From Candidatus Nanohalobium sp. (lineage in GTDB: Archaea; Nanohalarchaeota; Nanosalinia; Nanosalinales; Nanosalinaceae): a DNA stretch of 11,365 nucleotides. Shown here in pieces: positions 1 through 6,479 of the stretch (position 1 is its first letter; every line of letters begins with the position of its first letter). A program made the translations under genes and the position numbers. Location of the stretch: positions 1-11,365 of the forward strand of contig JBDGTY010000051.1 in the NCBI GenBank assembly GCA_042216335.1, given 5' to 3'. The notes below the pieces were generated by a model. It saw only the letters and a program-made list of their open reading frames with translations. It did not search any database and was not told the DNA's origin.

Positions 1-4
1 AAAA

Positions 5-77
5 TGGCAGGGCCGGGATTTGAACCCGGGTCCGTACAGCCCCACTGTACGATTATAGTCCACTAAACCACCCCGCC
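5..77 (-). tRNA. tRNA-Pro(GGG), intron-less, CCA not encoded
   Basis: Reverse complement folds as a cloverleaf: acceptor GGCGGGG/CCCTGCC + discriminator A; D arm GTTTAGTGGACTATAAT; anticodon arm GTACA-GT GGG GC-TGTAC (anticodon at 43..41); 4-nt variable loop; T arm CCGGG-TTCAAAT-CCCGG; followed by TTTT. Confidence 0.93.
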
Positions 78-98
78 GTTCTAAGAAAATAAAGAAAA

Positions 99-104
99 GT
101 TAAA
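99..104 (-). promoter_or_regulatory. TATA-like box (TTTAAC) for tRNA-Pro
   Basis: Lies 22-27 nt upstream of the mature tRNA 5' end, typical archaeal spacing. Confidence 0.45.
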
Positions 105-106
105 CT

Positions 107-352
107 TTAGTTAACCACCTCCTCAACCAGTTCGGTCTTACCACTCCTGTCCTCTACTTCGATCTCTCCATCTTCCAGGAATGTGTTGCCGACAATAACT
201 TTTCTCTGGACGCCGATAAGGTCGGCTTCGGCGAACTTCTCACCAACTGACATCTCGCCGTCGTAGAAGAGGACCTCCTCATCTTGGCTGAGTTCATGGT
301 AGACTTCTTCGGCTTTCTCCCGGGCCTTGTCTTCATCGCTTGCCAGGATCAC
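107..352 (-). CDS. Stand-alone class IIa (ProRS-like, HGTP) anticodon-binding domain, 81 aa; split gene or proS remnant
   Basis: KAEEVYHEL..VLFYD..SVGEKFAEADLIG..KVIVG..LEDGEIEVEDR matches the pattern of the bacterial-type ProRS C-terminal domain. An in-frame TGA three codons upstream of the GTG start means no catalytic domain is attached. Confidence 0.8.
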   Translation of the reverse strand: MILASDEDKAREKAEEVYHELSQDEEVLFYDGEMSVGEKFAEADLIGVQRKVIVGNTFLEDGEIEVEDRSGKTELVEEVVN

Positions 353-749
353 TGCTGTTCACCTCCGAGATGCCTGTCCACTATCTCAGTTAACTCCTGA
401 AGATCATCGACGTGAACCGCTTCTCCGTTACTGTCTCTGACGAATCCCTTTTCTGATCTACTGGCGATCTTGTACAGGTTGACTACTTCCTCTACTGAGT
501 TAGCATCTAGTAAATCGTTGTACTCTTCGGACACTTCCTCCAGAAGTTGATCTTGATGAGAGTAGGAGAAGAGCCGGTTTACGGAAGTTTCTGAAAGGTT
601 TTGAGAGTTATAATCGTAGCCGTCCGAGTGGAACGCGTCCACCCGTAGTTGAATCTAGCTGCATTGAAATCACGTTGAATTGGATAATCCAGCGACTCAG
701 AAAACTCTCGGAACAAATTCTACTGCCGAGGAACATAGTCACCGGACAT
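349..749 (-). pseudogene. Probably degraded hypothetical gene; its intact 3' part is ORF 349..642
   Basis: ATG at 749 after AGGTAA reads MSGDYVPRQ*NLFREFSESLDYPIQRDFNAARFNYG (TAG at 722..720). One extra G in the GGG run at 644..642 would join it to VDAFHSDG...LGGEQQ*. Confidence 0.5.
359..366 (-). promoter_or_regulatory. Shine-Dalgarno GGAGGTGA for ORF 107..352
   Basis: Perfect archaeal SD 6 nt before the GTG at 352; GTGA start/stop overlap with the upstream ORF. Confidence 0.6.
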
Positions 750-832
750 TGTATTTACCTGTAAGAAGTGAAGTTCTTAAGTAAGTTTCGGAGTCGACGG
801 AGGACTAAAAATATGGAAGAAGATGAATCACC

Positions 833-1459
833 ATGGAAGACTCAAAATTCCATTTCACTGCCCTCAAGCTCTGCTCGGTTTTCGTCGCAGTTTTCGCGTT
901 GCAGAGCTTCACAGGTTTTAACCTGGGGTTCCGGCCTGACCAGCCTTTCTGGAAGTTCTTTACCTCGATTTTCGGGCATTCCGGCATCGAACACCTGTCG
1001 AACAACCTGTTCTTCATCGCTTTGTTCGGTTCAGTCTACGAGAAGTGGACTTCAAGCACTACTTTCCTCTACACCTTCTTCGCCGCAGCCCTATTCGGAA
1101 ACCTGGCGGCGTTCATCTTCTACCCGAATTCTTTCATCATCGGTGCTTCTGCCGGAGGGATGGGGGTCATGGCGGCGCTGGCTGTCTACCGGCCTAACCA
1201 GATCGGGCTTGGGCTCGGTGTTCCTCTGCCGATGTGGGCAGTTCTGTTATCTTACATCTTCATCGACCTTTCCGGTTTGACCACCAGTAATGCGGTTGCG
1301 AACGAAGCACACCTGATGGGAGTCGTGGCCGGCGCATTAATCGGTTACCGGTTGAGGGGGAAAAGTTATGGCAAAGGTGTCGACGATGACGTTGATCTGG
1401 AGGAGGATTCGTGGAAGAAGAGAGTGAGAGAATGGGAGGAGAAATGGATGATGGATTAA
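833..1459 (+). CDS. Rhomboid-family intramembrane serine protease
   Basis: Hydrophobic multi-TM protein with H-xxxx-H-xxx-N (HSGIEHLSNN), catalytic GAS (IIGASAG) and AHxxG (NEAHLMG). Confidence 0.95.
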   Translation: MEDSKFHFTALKLCSVFVAVFALQSFTGFNLGFRPDQPFWKFFTSIFGHSGIEHLSNNLFFIALFGSVYEKWTSSTTFLYTFFAAALFGNLAAFIFYPNSFIIGASAGGMGVMAALAVYRPNQIGLGLGVPLPMWAVLLSYIFIDLSGLTTSNAVANEAHLMGVVAGALIGYRLRGKSYGKGVDDDVDLEEDSWKKRVREWEEKWMMD

Positions 1460-1495
1460 GGAAGGTTTTTTGGTAGGCTGCTGTGTTTTTCCTGT

Positions 1496-1930
1496 TTAGA
1501 TCTTTACGTATTTTTCGGGGTTGAAGTCGTCGAGCTCTATCTCAGTGTTTCTGTTGAGTTCGGAGTATTCCTCTGTTTTCTGGTCCAGGTATCCTATGAT
1601 GGCAGTGTATCTGCTTTCGGTGTATGGCCCGAGCTCGAACCGGTTTGTCTGGGATGATGAGTAAGTGTTTATCGTACTGTCGCCTGCCTCGAGGACGTCA
1701 TTGTAGGCAAGGAATCCCAGCGCTGCGTTAATTTTGTCTGTCGTGGGATGGGTTTTTCCCTGAGCAGAAAGTATCTGCCTTATCTCACCGGAGTGGAACT
1801 CTGGAGGGTTCTCAAGCCACCTGTCGGGATCCTGGTTAGCTGAGGAAAGCCCAGGTCTTATAGATTCCAGGTCATCTCTCAGACCTTCTACGGACTTCCT
1901 ACGCATACTCCCAAAATCGTTCGTGATCAT
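1496..1930 (-). CDS. Hypothetical protein, possibly winged-helix-like
   Basis: 144-aa acidic ORF filling the gap; FHSGEIRQIL..TTDKINAALGFLAYNDVLEA resembles a wHTH pattern (weak). Confidence 0.7.
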   Translation of the reverse strand: MITNDFGSMRRKSVEGLRDDLESIRPGLSSANQDPDRWLENPPEFHSGEIRQILSAQGKTHPTTDKINAALGFLAYNDVLEAGDSTINTYSSSQTNRFELGPYTESRYTAIIGYLDQKTEEYSELNRNTEIELDDFNPEKYVKI

Positions 1931-1968
1931 AGACAGAAAAAGAAATGTGAAAATTTATTACCCTGGAG

Positions 1969-2403
1969 TCAAAGAGGGCTGAAGTCCCTGTCACTTGAGG
2001 AATCCTCTTCTTCGCCCTCGGAATCATTTCTCCGTCTTGAGCGACCATCACCTGACCTCTGCTGATTTGAGGAACTCCTCCTCTGCTTTCTAGAACCGGT
2101 ACCTTGGTTTCCAGAACTTCTTTCCCGTGAGTTCTGTTTCTGACTGCTCTGCTGTGGCTGGTTTCCTCCTCTCTGATTCTGCCGGTCCTTTTGCTGTCGC
2201 TGCTTCTGTGCCTGTTCCTGGCCCTTTTGCTGGACCTCCTGGATGAACTGGTCCGTATCCACGCCTGCTTCTTCCAGTGCTCCGAGATGTCTTTCAAGCT
2301 GTGAGTTGACTATCTGGAGTAGTCTGGATAGTTCTTTTTTCTCGTGTAGAAGTGTTTCGACCGCGCCCTTGTGCCTGCCTACTTTCTCTTTCATAGACCC
2401 CAT
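1969..2403 (-). CDS. Hypothetical protein: N-terminal coiled coil and long Q/N/S/R-rich disordered tail
   Basis: Starts 16 nt after the TraB-like stop. Amphipathic helical N-half (HKGAVETLLHEKKELSRLLQIV), low-complexity C-half. Confidence 0.85.
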   Translation of the reverse strand: MGSMKEKVGRHKGAVETLLHEKKELSRLLQIVNSQLERHLGALEEAGVDTDQFIQEVQQKGQEQAQKQRQQKDRQNQRGGNQPQQSSQKQNSRERSSGNQGTGSRKQRRSSSNQQRSGDGRSRRRNDSEGEEEDSSSDRDFSPL

Positions 2404-2419
2404 TTGTTTTCTCAGCGAT

Positions 2420-3550
2420 TTAAAGGCCGATCAGCGAGGCGATGAAGCCTGCCGAGATGAAAGTGGCGGCTGCACTGCCCAACGTCACGAAGAAGAACGT
2501 CAGCAGCACTCTTCCGGCCTGGTTGCTCCATAGATCACGGTACTTCTCGACTTTGGTCACGTCTTCAAGCTCCTCGACTGTCGGGGGATGTAGCTTGGCC
2601 TCTGCATACGATGCGACCATCCCTGCTCCGAGCGCTGGGTCCAGGGAGGTCAGCGGAGCAGCAAGGAAAGAGGTTATCCATGTGGAAACATGTGAACGTG
2701 CTATTACTGCTCCAAGCATCGCCAGTAGTCCGTTGGAAAGTATCCAGAACTTCACTCCTTTGATACCTGTCGCGAAGCCTATCTGGTAGAAGCTGTAGCC
2801 CAGTCCAAGTATTATGAAAGCCGGTACGCCGTAGCTGATGATCTTCATCCACGGGATGCCCGAATCTTCCTGTATCGAGTATTCTTTCCGTGTGTTGAGG
2901 TCTTCGACCATGCCCTTTACGTGTGCCGCACCGACGACTACGACAGCGTGTTCAAAGTCTTCTTCCAGAAGTTTCTCCGCCATATATGTGTTCCTCTCCT
3001 CCAGGATGACTCTGTTCAAGGTAGGGAACTCCTCCTTCAATTCCTCGACGAGCGCTCCGAGAACGTTCCCTTCCTTGATGTCCTCTATCTCTACCTTTTC
3101 GGACTCGGCCGGCATGAAGACGGAGCCAAGCAGCTTGACCTTCTCCAGGATACCGAGTTCGGAGAAGGCACGGCTCAGCGTCTCGTTGATATCCCTGTCC
3201 AGCAGCGAGTACTCTATTTCCTGCTCCTCTGCCGCGTCAACGGCCTCCAGCATCTCCTCACCAGACTTGACTCCTTCCTTTATGCCAAGGCTTCTCTGGT
3301 AGATCGAGAGAACAAGATTCATGAAGAGCAGCGGTGCCTGACCGTCTCTGATCGCTTCTGACAGGTCCAGATCCCTCCAGCCCGAGTCCTCCTTCAGCGA
3401 CTTCAAACGGTTATCGTCAAGTTCCACTCCGACGAGATCCGGCTGAACTTCTTCTATAGTTTCGCGTACCTCTCTCCGGCTTTCCTCCGATACGTGGGCG
3501 GTGCCGATGAGTGTTACCTGTCGGTCGCCCAGGTCTACTTCCTTTTTCAC
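2420..3550 (-). CDS. TraB/GumN (pheromone-shutdown TraB-like) family membrane protein
   Basis: Motifs LIGTAHVS, PDLVGVELD, GEEM, LLDRDI, ERN, VVVVGAAH plus C-terminal TM helices. Confidence 0.95.
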   Translation of the reverse strand: MKKEVDLGDRQVTLIGTAHVSEESRREVRETIEEVQPDLVGVELDDNRLKSLKEDSGWRDLDLSEAIRDGQAPLLFMNLVLSIYQRSLGIKEGVKSGEEMLEAVDAAEEQEIEYSLLDRDINETLSRAFSELGILEKVKLLGSVFMPAESEKVEIEDIKEGNVLGALVEELKEEFPTLNRVILEERNTYMAEKLLEEDFEHAVVVVGAAHVKGMVEDLNTRKEYSIQEDSGIPWMKIISYGVPAFIILGLGYSFYQIGFATGIKGVKFWILSNGLLAMLGAVIARSHVSTWITSFLAAPLTSLDPALGAGMVASYAEAKLHPPTVEELEDVTKVEKYRDLWSNQAGRVLLTFFFVTLGSAAATFISAGFIASLIGL

Positions 3551-3630
3551 GGATTATTCTCGGTAGGCCAGAATATTAAATCATTGTCAGAGGGAAAGAA
3601 TTCAATAACCGGCTTTCACAAATAACATGT

Positions 3631-4308
3631 ATGACAGTTATCAAAGCGGATAAGGTTTCCAAAAGTTTCGGGGAACTCGACGCGCTCAGGAACATATCTT
3701 TCGAGGTCGAGGAAGGTGAGATAGTCGGGATTCTGGGGCCTAACGGCGCCGGAAAATCCACCTTGATGAATATCCTTACAGGGCAGATGGAGCGCGATTC
3801 CGGGGAGGTAGAGGTTCTAGGACAGGATCCAGAGGATGATCCGGCAGGACTTAGGGAGAAACTGGGTATCCTTCCGGAGCGTGAGGATCCGCCAAGCTTC
3901 CTGACGGGACGTGAATATCTTGATTTCGTGGCTGATATACGCGGCGAGCATCCGAACCGGGGAAAGTGGATAGCCAAATTGAACATGGAGAAGGATATGG
4001 AGAAGCTGACGCAGGATCTGTCAAAGGGTGAGCGCCAGAAGCTGATGATTGCGCAGGCTTTTTTCCATGAGCCGGAGCTGGTTTTCATCGACGAGCCGTT
4101 GATCAACCTTGATCCGTTCATCCAGGAGGAGGCGAAGGATGTATTCAGAGAGCATGTCGAGGACGGCGGGACGCTTGTGATGTCGACCCATGTGGTGTCT
4201 CTCGCGGAGGAGCTGTGTGACAGGGTTCTTTTCATCGAAGACGACATTGTCGTGGAGGAAGTTGAGGATGTCGAAAACCTCAGAGAGAAGTTCCTTGATG
4301 AAGGATGA
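3631..4308 (+). CDS. ABC transporter ATP-binding protein (exporter type)
   Basis: Walker A GPNGAGKST, signature LSKGE, Walker B VFIDEP, H-loop STH. Confidence 0.96.
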   Translation: MTVIKADKVSKSFGELDALRNISFEVEEGEIVGILGPNGAGKSTLMNILTGQMERDSGEVEVLGQDPEDDPAGLREKLGILPEREDPPSFLTGREYLDFVADIRGEHPNRGKWIAKLNMEKDMEKLTQDLSKGERQKLMIAQAFFHEPELVFIDEPLINLDPFIQEEAKDVFREHVEDGGTLVMSTHVVSLAEELCDRVLFIEDDIVVEEVEDVENLREKFLDEG

Positions 4309-5435
4309 AGCAGTTCCTGAAGATCGTCCGGATGATGATGCTGGAGGAGTGGCGCGCCCACAGCCGGATATACCACGGTAGAAGCTTCGCCCTCTTCCCG
4401 GTAATGGTGTTCATACTCTCTGCGGGATTCTCCTACATAACCCTGAACTATTCCACACTGACGGCTTCCGCTCTTCAGACAGGCCTTGCCGTACTAGGAG
4501 GTTTCTTCGGCCTGGCTGCCGGTGCCGTCGGCTTCTACGGCAAGGATGCGTTCAGGAACATCCTCGGGCGGACGAACTACATAATCTATTCTTCCCGGAC
4601 TCTTCCGCTGACGAAGGCGAAGCTTGGACTGGCATTCCTCGTCAAGGACACAGTCTACTACAGCCTGATCATGGTCCTGCCGGTGGTACTCGGCTTTGCT
4701 CTGTTTGCTCCGTCGATACTCTCGGGGATCCCTCTGATGCTGGCTGCGTTCCTGGTATCAGCTGTTCTCAGCCTCGGTTTCACTCACGTTATCAGGACCC
4801 GGCTTTTCTCGCCCGGCATGAAGCTGCCGACAGACCCTTTGACAAGCAAGGCCGTTCTTGATATCTCCCGGTCCTCCGGCGGGTTCCTGAAGGTCATCTT
4901 CTCCCTGGGGGTCCTGACTTTCTTCTACTGGTACTTCGTCCTGTTTTTCCCAACGGCCAACGCATTCCTCAAGAATCCTCTACTCTCATTCGCCGTCATC
5001 ACGGGACTGGCGAACCTGAGCACGTACAACTGGATCAACCGCTTCGACTCCTACGAGGACTACGAGTATCTCCCGGTCTCGTTCCAGCAGCTGGTCGATT
5101 CGAAGAAGAAGGCGTACGTCTTCCTGACACTGCCGCTCTCCGCTGCCCTGATACTGATAGCCTATCTTTTCTACCCCGGAAACCTTCTCCTGGCATTGCT
5201 GATGGGTTTCGCATCGACCATGTACAGTCTGGTGGTTGCTGAAAAATTGACGAAGTTGAAGCCGAACCTGCGTTTCTATCAGGCCGGTGTCTTCGCCAAA
5301 CTACTGGTTGTGGAGGGCTTTGTCGTCGTTCCTCTGCTTGTGGCGTCCGTGCTGTACGATGGTGTGTGGATCGAGGTCGCGGCCTTCTCTTTCCTGGTTC
5401 TGGCGGCTTCGGCATTGATAGAGGAGCACTGGTAG
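4305..5435 (+). CDS. Putative ABC exporter permease
   Basis: 376-aa polytopic membrane protein with ATGA overlap with the ATPase gene. Confidence 0.85.
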   Translation: MKQFLKIVRMMMLEEWRAHSRIYHGRSFALFPVMVFILSAGFSYITLNYSTLTASALQTGLAVLGGFFGLAAGAVGFYGKDAFRNILGRTNYIIYSSRTLPLTKAKLGLAFLVKDTVYYSLIMVLPVVLGFALFAPSILSGIPLMLAAFLVSAVLSLGFTHVIRTRLFSPGMKLPTDPLTSKAVLDISRSSGGFLKVIFSLGVLTFFYWYFVLFFPTANAFLKNPLLSFAVITGLANLSTYNWINRFDSYEDYEYLPVSFQQLVDSKKKAYVFLTLPLSAALILIAYLFYPGNLLLALLMGFASTMYSLVVAEKLTKLKPNLRFYQAGVFAKLLVVEGFVVVPLLVASVLYDGVWIEVAAFSFLVLAASALIEEHW

Positions 5436-5448
5436 GCCGAGTAAGTCA

Positions 5449-5454
5449 TTTAAG
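5449..5454 (+). promoter_or_regulatory. TATA box TTTAAG upstream of the PEBP gene
   Basis: About 25 nt before ATG 5477; GGTGAT SD-like site at 5469-5474. Confidence 0.5.
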
Positions 5455-5476
5455 TGAGGCATTTAAACGGTGATGT

Positions 5477-5926
5477 ATGCAACTGAAAAGTCCTGTGTTC
5501 GACGAAAGCGATCAGATACCGGGAAGATGCGGTAAGGCCCGGGAAAACGTTTCTCCGCCCCTTATATTCGAGAATGTGCCTCAAAACGCTGAATCTCTCG
5601 TCCTTGTGATGGATGACCCCGACTCAAAGAAAGTTTCCGGGAAAGTCTGGGATCACTGGCTGGTCTGGAACATCGACCCGACGACTGTGGAGTTTCCTGA
5701 AGGCCAGGTTCCAAGCGGCATAGAGGGATTAAACGACTTTGACGAGGTTGGCTGGGGAGGCCCCAACCCACCCGATGACACGCACGAGTACAGGTTCATC
5801 CTCTACGCCGTCGACACAGTACTAGACCTTCCCCGGGAGTCCAAAAAGAAGGATGTATACGACGCGATCAAAGGCCATGTCATCGAAAAGGACGAACTCC
5901 ACGGAGTCTATTCACCGGTAGGATAA
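5477..5926 (+). CDS. YbhB/YbcL family (PEBP / Raf kinase inhibitor-like) protein
   Basis: Motifs NVSPPL, VMDDPD, WDHWLVWNI, GLNDF, WGGPNPP, HEYRFILYA. Confidence 0.96.
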   Translation: MQLKSPVFDESDQIPGRCGKARENVSPPLIFENVPQNAESLVLVMDDPDSKKVSGKVWDHWLVWNIDPTTVEFPEGQVPSGIEGLNDFDEVGWGGPNPPDDTHEYRFILYAVDTVLDLPRESKKKDVYDAIKGHVIEKDELHGVYSPVG

Positions 5927-5933
5927 GCAAAGA

Positions 5934-5939
5934 TTTAAG
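5934..5939 (+). promoter_or_regulatory. TATA box TTTAAG, probably for a leaderless transcript
   Basis: Purine-rich BRE-like AAAGA upstream; 24-29 nt before ATG 5963; no SD. Confidence 0.5.
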
Positions 5940-5962
5940 CAGCAGAGAAGTCAACCTTAACC

Positions 5963-6457
5963 ATGAATATCCCGAGATCGGCACTCGCCTACAGCGTATT
6001 CAGGAACATCCACCAGGACAGACAAAGCTACAGCGTCCAGCTGGAACTGAGACACGGCATGGACGACGAGAGGGCCGAACAGGTCATATTGGAAGCAGCC
6101 GAGGAACACTTCCTCGACGAGGTCAAAGAATCCGACCCGATCCAGTACACAGTAGACATCGACAAACTCACAGACCTGTGGTACGAACTCTGGGAAGAAG
6201 AGGTCGGTGAAGCACCCATCACACCGGAGAAATTCGAGAGCTTTCTCAAAAGCTACATCAAGTCCTACTTCGAACACGAGAAACACTCCACACTAAAGGA
6301 GATGCTGGTCGACGAATTCCAGCTCGGATTAAGCAGGCAGAAAAGCCTCGGGAGACTATCCAACGACCTGCGGGAACTATCCGAACACCTCAACGAACAG
6401 TACGACGGCAAGAGGTCGCCTGGAGAACACGTCAAGTACGGCCTCGACCACAGATAA
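5963..6457 (+). CDS. Hypothetical acidic protein
   Basis: 164-aa ORF with C/G-ending codons like its neighbours and its own TATA box; no family recognised. Confidence 0.8.
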   Translation: MNIPRSALAYSVFRNIHQDRQSYSVQLELRHGMDDERAEQVILEAAEEHFLDEVKESDPIQYTVDIDKLTDLWYELWEEEVGEAPITPEKFESFLKSYIKSYFEHEKHSTLKEMLVDEFQLGLSRQKSLGRLSNDLRELSEHLNEQYDGKRSPGEHVKYGLDHR

Positions 6458-6479
6458 CTGCTGTTTTTCCTTCCTCAAC

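Noticed and set aside
39-47. Reading the tRNA as His (GTG) or Pro (TGG)
   Set aside because: The symmetric 5-bp stem with a 7-nt loop places U33 before GGG; other registers break the stem.
768-1280. 170-aa Ser-rich ORF and opposite-strand 805..1017
   Set aside because: Alternative-frame shadows of the rhomboid gene.
2420-3550. TraB as evidence of conjugation
   Set aside because: TraB/GumN-family genes are common chromosomal archaeal genes; no transfer genes nearby.
1899-5415. Overlapping ORFs 1899..2297, 2243..2533, 2442..2789, 2565..2852, 2838..3302, 2921..3361, 3576..4376, 4190..4381, 5035..5415
   Set aside because: Antisense or off-frame shadows of better-supported genes, with atypical composition.
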